Origin: Octopus vulgaris
Lineage: Eukaryota
Direction: 5' to 3'
Assembly: GCA_951406725.2 (NCBI GenBank)
Contig: OX597817.1
Location: forward strand, 85,994,001 to 86,058,000
Length of the DNA stretch: 64,000 bases
The position numbers and the translations under genes were made by a program. This document shows positions 12,569-64,000 of this stretch, in pieces (positions within the stretch are counted from its first letter, which is position 1; every line of letters begins with the position of its first letter). The notes under the pieces were generated by a model. It searched no databases. It had not been told where the DNA came from and saw only the letters and a list, made by a program, of their open reading frames with translations.

Positions 12569-12669
12569 AATCAGTGACCCATTCCAGCTCCCTGAAGCTA
12601 CACACATAATTATAATGGGAGAATGAGATACACCACAGGCATCATAAACCTTCAATTCCATTATAGGTG

Positions 12670-13400
12670 TAAAAAATTTCCTACTGATGTCTGATGCATG
12701 CCTTAGACACTTCTGATGAACTTTTGAGTATTTTGGTGTCATTGACACAGGGTCCATGTCTCAGATGAATAGAGCAGGAATGGTATGACACAAAAAGCAT
12801 AGCTTGATGCAGATAGAGCTGCTAAGATACATAAAACAATCCATTGTGTCAAGTCTGTTGGAGAAATATATTTGGTTCTAATAGGTCATATCTGGAGCAA
12901 ATGTAATTACCATAGCTTTCTTCAGGCTTATTAGAAGTCTAAAAGCAGTACAGGGACTAGTGAAGAGGTTCATTACTTTCTGAATGTATTACTCTGAGTG
13001 AGCCACAATTTTCACAATCTTCAGCATACAACAAATCATAAACAAGAGTTATAAAAGATATTCAGTTGAGCTTTGAAATTCAAGTTTATCTGTAGTAATA
13101 GTAGACAAAGACGCCCAATCCACAGTACTTAAATACACGAGAAATGACAACAGTAAAGTATATAGGGGATTAAGGTGGTACAGATATACCTATTTAACAC
13201 CATTGCCCAGAAACATTTGAGTTGAAGAGGCCTTTGTACCAGTGTGAAGTTTGACAAACATATCAACAAAGTTAGGTAGGCACCTCAACTTTCTCAATAT
13301 TCTCCACAATGCATTTCTAATCAGTGTCTAAGGCTTTTGCTAGAAAAGAGTTAATGAAAAGATTCTCTGCTTTTTGTACTTCTGCATGTCTGTTTGAGGT
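12670..13400 (-). mobile_element. RTE-clade LINE reverse transcriptase fragment
   Basis: Decayed translation: AKALDT..RNALWRILRKLRCLPNFVDMFVKLH and CVIPFLLYSSETWTL..HQKCLRH. Confidence 0.85.
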
Positions 13401-14344
13401 CTGACCATGAACCATCAGGTGATGAATTTGCTAGAACTTCACAATAAGTTGAAGATATTGTTTGGTCTTGGAGTTTTTCAACATTCACCAATGTTACAGC
13501 AGTCACAAATGTTATGTGTCTGTATTATGACAAAAGTTGAAAAAAAGGCCCTGTTTAGACTAAGGGTGGATCCAGGAAATTTTATGCTGGATTTTCTGGT
13601 GAAACAGTATTGCCTATCACAAGACCCAGGTTTGAACATGGCTGCAGTAAGTGTAGACCACTACCATTTACTTTACCTACATCCTTTGCTATTCTCATCT
13701 CTTCACATCAACTTGTTTCATCATCTACTCATGCTGCAGACCAACACCCCCTTGATCTTTCTCACTTCCTATGCCTGTCTGCATCTATTACATTGTCTGA
13801 CTACTGAACATCCACCTTTTTCTGGATCCTGTGGCACTTCAAGTCAGCTGACTGGTTGGAGCTCTGCAAGTATCCTTCACCCATGACCCTTCAGAAACAG
13901 CAGGCCAGGTGACTAACAGCATCCTTTTAGGCATGTTCCTTCCAATTCTCCACATATGGTTAAAATGTTACTTCCCAATCACATGGTTTTGAGTTCAGCA
14001 TCTTAGGCAAGAATTTTCAATTAATGCCCCAGGCTGACCAAAACCTTGTGAGTGGATTTGTTTGATAGAACATTGTGTGTGGATATGTACGTATATATGC
14101 TTGTTTATATGTTGCCTGCTTCTATGTACTGGTATTGATATTGTTTCTCTTGCACATTTGAAGCCATGTGGTCTAAGAAATCATTAACTTGAAAAATGGT
14201 TGAAGGAGGTTCAATGACAGAAAGGGTATCTGTTTTTAAAGCAATACCTCAATAATATATTCACCTAACCTGGAAAATGCATGAATGAATATATTGGCTT
14301 ACTTGGAGCTACACACATGGGCACAATCAATTATATGTACAAGC

Positions 14345-14480
14345 CTGGCTGTGTGGTTAAAAAGTTTTGCTTCCCAACCACATGGTTTTGTGTCACCACG
14401 TAGCACTTTGGCCAAGAGACTTCTCTTATACCCAGGCCAACCAAAGCCTTTGGATTTAGATGGAAATGAAAGAAGTCCAT
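14345..14480 (+). mobile_element. tRNA-derived SINE family B (also about 13955-14070 and 15860-16000)
   Basis: ggctgtgtggttaaaaagttttgcttcccaaccacatggt...gatggaaatgaaagaagtcc followed by a (TA)(TG) tail. Confidence 0.75.
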
Positions 14481-14579
14481 TATATATATATGTGTGTGTG
14501 TGTGCTTATGTACACACACGAGAGAGTGTGAGAGGTATCTGAGGACTAATCTACCAAAAATCTAGTGTATTTAATAAAA

Positions 14580-15400
14580 ATTTGTGCACATGTTCTTTGA
14601 ATCTGTCTTCAACTTTGATGGTTGCTTCAATGTAGGACTGTAATTGTTGACATGCTTACACTAAATGATCCTTATTCATTTTAAACATCACCTGGATGAT
14701 GGCAGCCTTTAGGGATGCTATAGTATTGTGAGGATGTTGATTAGTCTCCCTCTCAACAGTGTTCTAAATGTAGTAATCCATGGGATTTAAATCTGATGAA
14801 TTTGGAGGCAACAAGTTTGGTATTACACAATCATTAAGATTGTCTAATATCCATTGAAAAGCTGAATCTTGCTGAGACATGTATGACCTTCTACTCAGTA
14901 CTACATCCCTTCAGGGTTTAACAACTGTCTCTAGCAGCTTTAACTTTAATCCCTATAGAAAGACCCGAGGTGGCATGACATGACCTTCATTACTTACCAC
15001 TCCTAAAACCATCACAGTTGCTGGGAACTTAGTGTACATCACTCTGAAGACATCAGGATATGTACACTACCATCTGCCGTTTCTACTGTTAGATCTCACC
15101 ACAGAACCAAAGCATGCCATATTTGAAGATTAAGTGATTGCTTGGTATGGATCAAAACAATTTTCCTGTGTCTTTGCAGATATAAATTGGCCTCTCCTCA
15201 GTACAACTGACTTGTATCAACTGCGGTTCTGTTAGCCTACTCTGACACCTAAAGTACTTGGTGAAGACTCTCATTGATTTTCTGGGAACATTGATAATGT
15301 TTTGACCTTGCAAGATGAATTTCAGTGTTCTTATAGTGCTTGAACATTTAAAGTGATATTTTTCTCCTTGATGTAGTTGAAACACTTCCTCTATACGTGT
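14580..15400 (-). mobile_element. Tc1/mariner (maT/DD37D-like) transposase remnant
   Basis: Minus-strand peptides VMYTKFPATVMVLGVVSNEGHVMPP and PPNSSDLNPMDY (WPPNSPDLNP-like). Confidence 0.8.
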
Positions 15401-15563
15401 TTTGCACATATGGCAACAATAACTTTGCATCTTTTCATTTCTTGCGTTAGCATTTTATCTACCACAGGGGAAATCCTTATCATCATCATTTAATGTCTAT
15501 TTTCCAAGCTGGTGTGGGTTCTACAGGTGGATGCCCTTCACAGAGTGCAACACATGCCTTTAA

Positions 15564-15766
15564 CCCTTTTGTTACCAACCCGGCTGAAACTGGCTCTGGC
15601 TCTCAGTACAAATGTCTTGTTTTCATAAGTTTTGAATTAAAACCTTCCACCTAACACTAGCTGAATGATAACTAAGTTATTTTATTAAATTCTTTGTTAT
15701 ATTTAAAGTAATTGAAAGAAAAACAGAGCATCTCAAAATAAATACAGTAACGAAAGAACAAAAGGG
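15564..15766. mobile_element. piggyBac-like MITE
   Basis: TTAA|CCCTTTTGTT...AACAAAAGGG|TTAA, with terminal inverted repeats and a TTAA target duplication. Confidence 0.85.
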
Positions 15767-16237
15767 TTAAAATAATAAAAAAAACAACTTTTAATTGGTT
15801 TGAAAAGAATAATATACTAATAATTAAGTACCCTCAAATACTCCTTGCACACCATGTATGAAGATTTCTTCCCAGTTCAGGTTTGCAGGTTCAGTCTCAC
15901 CGTGCAGTACCTTCGCCCAGTATCTTCTACTTTAGTCTTGGGCCAACTAGAGCCTTGTAAGTGGATTTGGTAGAAACTGAAAGAAGCCTGTTATGAAGGT
16001 GTTTGTGAGTACCCTTGTCATGTGATGGTTTTAAATGAGCATCATCAACATACAAGCAATGTTGTTTGTTTCATTTTCTGTGAAAAACATGTCTGGCCAA
16101 GGGAAGTATTACCCTGCTTTGAAACAGGTGAGGGTTGATGACACGAAGGGCATCGGGCTACAGAAAATCTGCATCAACAAATTCTGTCTGACTCATGCAA
16201 GCATGGATAATTAGATATTAAAACAATGATGATGATG

Positions 16238-16272
<35 letters not shown>

Positions 16273-16434
16273 AATAAATTTACCTACCTATCTACTATCT
16301 ATCTATATATACATACTCACATATAGTGAACACTAGACAGTGAGCTGTTTATGAAGGTGCAGCATTTGTAGAAATCCTTGAAAAGAAACAAGTGTACTTT
16401 CACAATCACAATGATTGTAACATTATGAAGTAAA

Positions 16435-16632
16435 AAGTCAGCGAGCTGGCAGAAAAGTTAGCATGCTGGGCAAAATGTTTAGCAGTAATTTTGCCTGTCT
16501 TTATGTTCTGAGTTCAACTTTGCCTTTCATCCTTTCAGGGTTGATAAATGAAGTACCAGCTGCATACTGGGGTTGATCTAATTGACCGGCCCCTCCCCCA
16601 AAATTTTGGGCCTTGTGTCTAGAGTAGGAGAG
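16435..16632 (+). mobile_element. SINE family A with 16-bp target-site duplication
   Basis: aacattatgaagtaaa at both 16419-16434 and 16633-16648. Confidence 0.9.
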
Positions 16633-17189
16633 AACATTATGAAGTAAAGTTTGTTACTAATATATAGCAATACATATCAGCACTAAACTACCAGCATAAT
16701 CTTCAGAAGATAAGTGAGCATGCATACGCGCGTGCGCACACACACACACGTAACTAAATTCTAAACCATATTGTATTTTGGGATGTGGTTATGAGTTTAG
16801 CAAGTTTTCAGATTCCATTACTGTTGATGTAGAAGTGCACACCATAAATATTCTTGGAATAATTATGAATAGGAAATTTAAACAGATTGAAAGCAGGTGT
16901 TTAAATATTTTATGTTTCTCTTTGAATTTCATTGGTTTTTTCCAAAAGATGAAACTGATACAGCATATATTGCTGGACAGCAATCATTTAAATTGTATGT
17001 ATAATTGTAATTAATTAGAATCAAATCTTTGCTTATGAAATATTTCAATTGCGTAATGTCAGAAAAGAAATTTGGCAATAATGAATTTTTGGCAACCCTC
17101 AACATGTCATCATCAGCTTTTTAAAGTCACATGCCTATTTACTTTCAAATTTAAAATGACCAAGAAAAAAAAAATATAAAAGTTTCTCA

Positions 17190-20100
17190 ATGATCCAGTA
17201 TAAGTGTTTTAATGCCTGAAATTAATTGAAGACGATCAAATTATTTGAATATAGAATAATAGTGAAATAAATGCAAACTTGTAACAGGAGGTATATTAAT
17301 GAATTTTTTTTTCTCCATCTGCTTATCTTAATATGGTCATATATTATAGAAATTATTTTATATGATAAACTGTATAATTTTTCCTCTCTTCTTTGTTCTG
17401 AAATTAAATAACTAGCTAAGCATTTTCTGAGCAATCAAATTATGAAGCAAAACAAGATTAACAACATAAAAATTAATATTGTTGTGTGGTGCCATGGTCA
17501 TCTTTGTTGTACTGAGATAATTTGAATTACTTTTCTTATGTAGTTAGAAATTTGAATCAAGACTTTCAATAATTTCATCAAATATTCTGATATGGTAAAT
17601 AATAAAAAAAAAAGTCCAGAAATGCAGAAAGTGTGCAGATATTTTCAGTTTAATATTGTAAATGTCAAAGTTAGGCAAGTAAGTTTATAAAAAATGGTTA
17701 AGGAAGGTAAAGAAGATGATGCATTGACCAAATCTGATTCTTGCCCCAATAGATTTTTTTTTTTCCTCTCATTTTTGTAAACAATATATACAGTCAAAGC
17801 TGAAGACTCAACATAGGTAGACTTGGACAAGTTTGCTACAACATCAGAATTAGTAAATGATAATAAAGAAAAATATATTTATGCTTTCATAACATAAAGA
17901 CAAATATTGAAAAAAAAAAAAACCCCAAAAAAACTTGAACTTCTTTTTTAAACCGAATAATTGTCAATCATTAATAAGCAGGGGAGGGGGAGAGAGACAT
18001 AATTGAGGATTAGATGCCATTTATTTGTAACCAGATAGCAAATTTCACCCTCCACCCCCACCACCAAACTGATAAGGTAAGTTCTTCTGTAGTTATTCTG
18101 TATAATCATATAGAATATCAAACCTCAAATCAGCAACATAGTTGCATTACACCTTGATCTTTTCATCTATATGTTTCTTCATTTTTCCCCAAGCATCTTT
18201 AAATTTTATAATCCATTTCAACTTGTAGTAGAACTTCCTTCAAACTTCAAAAATACTGATAAGGATATTTCAAAAACTTTAACCGCACAATACTGTAAAA
18301 AAAAAAAAAAACCCAAAAAAGAAAAACCAAAAAAAACTGACAAAGATATTCTTTTTTCCCATAGCCAGCTCAACATTACATTAATTTTCTTCACCTAAGT
18401 AAAATTCTCATAGTGTGTGTATACAAGGATAGAGTACTGACTGTTCTATATCGGTATCAAAGAGAACAAGCTTCATTTTAGAGTAAAATATTATTTTGAA
18501 TTGCTCAAACTTTTACTTATTTCTGAAGTGTAACATTCTTCGATTTTCCTGGAGATATTGACAAAATCCAATGAAAAGAACATTATATGACCTAGTATTA
18601 ATATAAATTTAGTCTAGAATCATTTTCTTGTTTTTCAGGTTATGAATGCCTAACTAACCATAAACTGGATATGAACTTCATGTTGACTGTTATTCATACG
18701 ATTATAATTTAACTAGGTTTCCTCTAAAGTTTCTCCAGAAATATATTTATTGAAGTTATCGTCGGGATAAGTACATTTTGTCTTTTTCTTTTATTATTTA
18801 TTTATGAAACAAACAGGTATGGGACAAAAACTTTTGCTGCAGTTGGAACATAAACATTTGAAAGAAAAATAAAAATTGATGATTAATGTTGAATAAAACT
18901 GCCTTCAATATTAGAACCAAATAAAAATAATACAAAATAAATATAATGCAAACTTTGAAAAAATACTATTATGGTATGATCAAAACAAAATAAAAACTTT
19001 TACAAAATAATTCAATTGGAAAAAAATTAATGAGGAAAATATTCATAGCAAAATTATATTTCAATTTAAAAACAATAAAGAACCCTCAAATAAATATAAA
19101 ATACTTTAATTTGGATTTATAATTGACCAAAAAAAGAAAGAAAAAAAACAAACAATATAAATGTGCGGCACTGTGAAATAATATGTTGAAAGAAATATTA
19201 AATATCAAAAGATTATTTCCTTCCTTGAAAAGTTTTATGTTTTGAAAGTTTCACAGAAGGGAGCAACCTCACAGAGGTTTTCAATTTTATATGAATTACC
19301 TAAGTAAATAGCACTTTAATACTGGCATAAACAATGTCGGCTGTTAACATACATTAAGTAATATGTGATTGTGTTAGAAACTATAAAGTATTTAGTGGAC
19401 ACCAACCTATATATATATATATACCTCACAACCACTACCAATATATATATATATATTACACAATATTCAGTAATAGTAAAACTTTGAGACCTTTAAATCT
19501 GTATACTACCTTTAGAATAAGTCTTTAGAAATTGAAGGAGGTCTGACTTTAGTTTCAGTACAGCTAAGGAAAAAAAAGTACACCCTAACAGCTTGTAAAA
19601 CTAAAATTATAAAAAATGACTTATAAAACAAGGATATTAAAAACTAAATAAAATCAGCTTAAAGGACATTAGAACTTAAAAAGTAAACATATATTGAAGA
19701 AATAAAGAAGCAGTAAAACTGAAAAACAAAATTAAACACCCTTTAGTTTAAAGGTTATTTAACTTTTATATTCCAGCCTCAGAGTTTATATATGAGTAAT
19801 AAAAAGGATATACAGCTTGTTCAAGAATAACCATCTACTTCAGTGAAATTGAACAATTCTTTTAAAAAATCATATGTATTTATATTTACCATGTTTAAAT
19901 ATGTATTAAAAGTGTATAAAGTTTTAATTTTGATGATAAATTTTTATAATTTTTCTATCATTTTATTTTCATTCCTATTGGATCCTGCTTAGCTGTCCAT
20001 GACAGATTTTTTGCAATTTGGCTGCAATCATTTTCTCTACCTCCATTCCTAGGATGGAGCAATAGTTTAGCTAAACTTGTTTTGATGTAAGATTTATAAA

Positions 20101-20805
20101 TCTATTTGTTTTAATGTCATAAGTAAATAATAAACACGAAATTCTGTCAGTTTTTTAAAGATTTGCTCGATTTCATTGAAATAGATAGTTAATTCTGGGA
20201 CACCCTGTATAAACCATGAACTAATAAGTACTCTTACGTTCTTTAGTTCTACTTTGTCTTTTATATTACAATACAATCATTCTTACTCTGTCTACTATGA
20301 CCAACTATCTGAAAAATCAATATATAGTTTAATTTTTAATCATATCAGTAAAATTATTTCTTATCCACCTCTAACCATCTTAAACTTATAAATTTAATAC
20401 TTTTAAAAATTAGTTGTTCTCAAATACTGTTGGAAGTCAGATTGGTTGTAAACTGAAATTGATTAGATTATAGACAACAATAGATGATAGTTGTTTGGAT
20501 TGCAGGTTCATCTGAAGGAGTTGGCTAAGCCTACAAGGCAAATGCACCACACAAGTAGAAGTGGGTAAAATATTTATTTGAAACTCTACATTTCATAAAC
20601 ATTTTTTAAAGAACTAGTTTATCAATATTAGGATTGAAAAGATAACAAAAAATTGTCTTTTTTGTGTCTTATTTTCTTTTAGTATCTGTTGGGAGTAAAA
20701 CAAACCCATTTTTATTGTGAATAATAGTAAAAAAAAAAAAAAAGAAAGAAAATTATAGGAATGGTGTCTTTCTGTTTGCTATTTAGATGTTGTGTGTTTG
20801 TGTGC

Positions 20806-20841
<36 letters not shown>

Positions 20842-23827
20842 ACATACATACATGCATGTATACATATATATATAAAATTTCCATTTCTTAGCAATGCAGA
20901 TTTCTAAACACTTCGACTCTCATTTGGGCAGTTTAACAGCATCAACAACTGTTGTTGAAATGTTTTATTAGCTATTCAGGTGCTATAAATCACCAATGAG
21001 AGCATGTAAATGTTCAACATTATCAAGGGTTTTAAATGGAATTCAAATCATCACTTAATGATATGTATATTTACATAGGTAAAATGTCTTGTATGATTAG
21101 AAACTTTTCAGGTAACTAATTAATTAGTCAACAGGTATGGAAGTAATACTGATGCAACGTGTAATAAAATAAAAACTTTGATTTTGTCGAAATAATCTCT
21201 TTAAATGATATATTACAAAAACACTGATTATTTCAAATAATGCTGAGATTCTTTATAACTATTTAAACAAAAAAAAAAACAAAAAACAGAATGTCCTAAG
21301 CAAAAAAACAAAAAAAGTGTAAATGATAAAAATTACAAAGAAATGCTAAAGACAAAAATGTAAGAGGAAGAAAAAAAACCTGCAAAAACTATAGAACAAA
21401 CCAAAATATTAGCTGCCATAAGCAGTCATAAATTCAGAGAGGATAGATGCAATACACAACTCTACACACACACACACACGTAAATGTGTGTATATGTATA
21501 TATATATATTTATGCGTGCTTGTATATACAAATACAGACACATTTATACATGCACACTGACTTTTGCTGATACAACAGAACATACATATAAAATAGAATG
21601 CGTGTGCACGCATACACATGCATGCACAAACATATACACATACACACACACTATTTTAGAATAGAAGCAGCTATAATGTTCAGATTGTGTGGCGTTGGTA
21701 CTGAGAGAAAATTTAAGACAGATTGTCGTTATTGTAAAATTAAAAGATAGTCAAATGAACAGGGATAAATAAATTGAAAAATATAACATTATCAAATATT
21801 GACTCAACATCCAAAATAAGGATATAAATAGTTAAAAAGTACATATCAATCATCTCAAACATTCATAAAAAGAAAATTAAAAGATATCTACAGAGGATAA
21901 CATTTTTAAAAAATTTAATTCCTTACAATTAAGACTAATATTATTAAAGAGGGCAACAGAACACAGCTGCAGTTTATATTGATACTGTTTTTTATAGCTT
22001 GTACAGCAAGTGGTTGATTTCTTAACATGATTGACTGAACTGTAATGAACTGGCAGCGGAACAAACAATAATGAGAGGACTCATATTTCTTTATGTAGAG
22101 ATGGACAGCTTTTATTGTGTGATCTTGCAATTTCTGAAGCTGTCATAAGATCTTAAAAATGTATGAATATATTTAATATGTGAAGATGAAATATACATTA
22201 TTAAGAAATAAAAAGAAATCATAATAGTAATTTTATGCAGTTTGGTTTTAGTTGCTCCCTCCCATTCCCAAACACAAAATACTTGTCCCTTTAAAAAAAA
22301 AACTTTCACTGGTTAATGGTACTTTAGGGAAAAATGCATCTGATACAGATGCAAAAGAACATACACTGCAGCAGTGTATGGAAAGTTTGTTTATAGGTTA
22401 ATTCTAAAGTTTCTTTTTTTCCTTTTCTTTTGCGTATTTGAGTAAATAATTTTTAATCACTTATACAGCAGCATTATTTCTGGAAATAATCTATAGACAT
22501 ACGTATTAATGTATATAGACATACACATACATATGTACATGCATGCACACATATATGCACATAGACATATTTTTATAGATACATTTATATATTGCACAGT
22601 AAAATTAGTTGCATGTATATTTTTGTCAAATGTATATATTGCAACATTTTTTAAAATTTTCTTTGTGAGATTGAAATGTGCACATAAATGCACAAACAAC
22701 ATCCATTACAAAAACAATACTGAGGTCTGTTCTAGTAATATAAGTAAAATTTTGTTGATAAATTTGATGAAAATACAGTGAGTGGATGTGTCTGACTGCT
22801 TGCATGAAAACCATTTTTATATTAATATATACATAACTAAAACATCTCAGCATGCATGTGACTACACACACACAACACAAAAATGAATATACACACAAGC
22901 ACAGACATATACATATGTGCATATGTGAGTGTGTGCATATATGCATGTATGTGTTCATAGAATCCTGTAGTCACAAATTCATTTGCATACACTTATGCGT
23001 GCATGCTTATCTAAATGTTCACACTCACATACAAATGCACACAAATGGTGGGGAGAGAGAGAAAGAGAGAGATCAAATAAGAATGAAAATGATATTTATC
23101 AAATGCTGTTGCAACTTTAACAAAATTCCCTCCAAAGTGAAAAATAATTTAAACAAATGTTATAGGAAGTAATGTTAAATATGAAATCTTTCTGAAGAAT
23201 GTGTTTGTGTATATATATATGTGTGTGTGCTTGTGTATGTATAAATATGCAGGCACATTTACTCACATATATATGTACACACACTTCAAACTTACTTGAC
23301 ATTTAAGTGCAAATGCACATTATGTAGTAGCTTTCTCATGTACTTCTTCAATGACTTAAAAAAAAGAAAAGAAAAGAAAAGCTAGTCACAACAGAATTCT
23401 TATCAAGAATTCAATATTTGTTATTTGAGTCACATCTTCAATGTACATCCATACTTCAATTTGTATGAGTGAATAAATGTACATTAGTATATATATATAT
23501 GCTTGTATGAAAAGTGTGTGTCTGTACTATCAAACTAAAGAAACAGCTTCAAAGTAAACATACATTTTTTGGTGGTGTATGTTTGGATGTGTGTGACTGA
23601 TTGAGTGACAGATTTTACAATCATTAATATGTAAATGCTATTGCAATACATGTATATGTACCATGAAGCATTCATCTAGCCTCCTAAAAAGAAAAAAAAA
23701 AAAAAAAAACCTGTAGCAGCCAGCATAAATAGAAATAGACAGGGAAGGCTAAGGAAGATATTGCAGAGTCACAGAGCTGAATGTTGTTGCTTTTGTTGAG
23801 CTGGAATTCATTTGTTGATAATTGGGA
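17190..23827 (-). other. Putative long 3' UTR of the SHIP2-like gene
   Basis: Follows the stop, is U-rich on the minus strand and is nearly free of interspersed repeats. Candidate ATTAAA signal at 17213-17208 with a downstream U-rich tract. The end point is inferred. Confidence 0.45.
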
Positions 23828-63784
<39,957 letters not shown>

Positions 63785-64000
63785 CTGATAAAGGAAGAAA
63801 AGACACAAATTATATAAATATACACATAACTGTTATATATACTTTTAAAGAATCACTATCAAAATCACACAGTCCCTTTGGTTTATATAATAATTCCAAT
63901 CAAAACTGATTCACTGTTAACTTCAGGTTTTCAAGCCTTAAGCATATACATAACTATTATGAAATTTGATGACAAATTATTACCTAAACTTTTCAAAACA

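Noticed and set aside
13407-13886. 159-aa plus-strand ORF
   Set aside because: No recognisable domain or splice structure; adjoins a decayed minus-strand RTE LINE, so it is probably an incidental frame.

Overview
AT-rich, repeat-dense animal genomic DNA. The SINE, RTE and MITE repertoire and the microsatellite content suggest a coleoid cephalopod, probably Octopus; that assignment is an inference. The main feature is the 3' part of a minus-strand, multi-exon SHIP2/INPPL1-like inositol polyphosphate 5-phosphatase gene. I traced 21 GT-AG exons by hand (63784 down to the TGA at 23828; 2920 nt, about 972 aa), and all intron phases are consistent. They encode a helical linker, a PH-related domain, an intact 5-phosphatase catalytic domain, a C2 domain, a proline-rich region and a C-terminal SAM domain. 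The 5' exons (expected SH2 domain) lie beyond the right edge. A repeat-poor stretch of about 6.6 kb after the stop looks like a long 3' UTR. The rest is decayed mobile DNA: Ty3/Gypsy remnants (one lacking RT/RNase H, plus LTR fragments with tRNA-Leu and tRNA-Trp primer-binding sites), Tc1/mariner elements, a pogo-like MITE, piggyBac-like TTAA MITEs, RTE LINE fragments, several SINE-like families and microsatellites. I found no convincing wholly new gene system. The best leads concern RNA structure and splicing in the SHIP2 pre-mRNA: a 153-nt intron that is two-thirds (UC)52, inverted repeats around catalytic exons, and near-perfect hairpins. Unusual transposon layouts also merit checking: a head-to-tail SINE chain and a permuted PPT-LTR-PBS arrangement.
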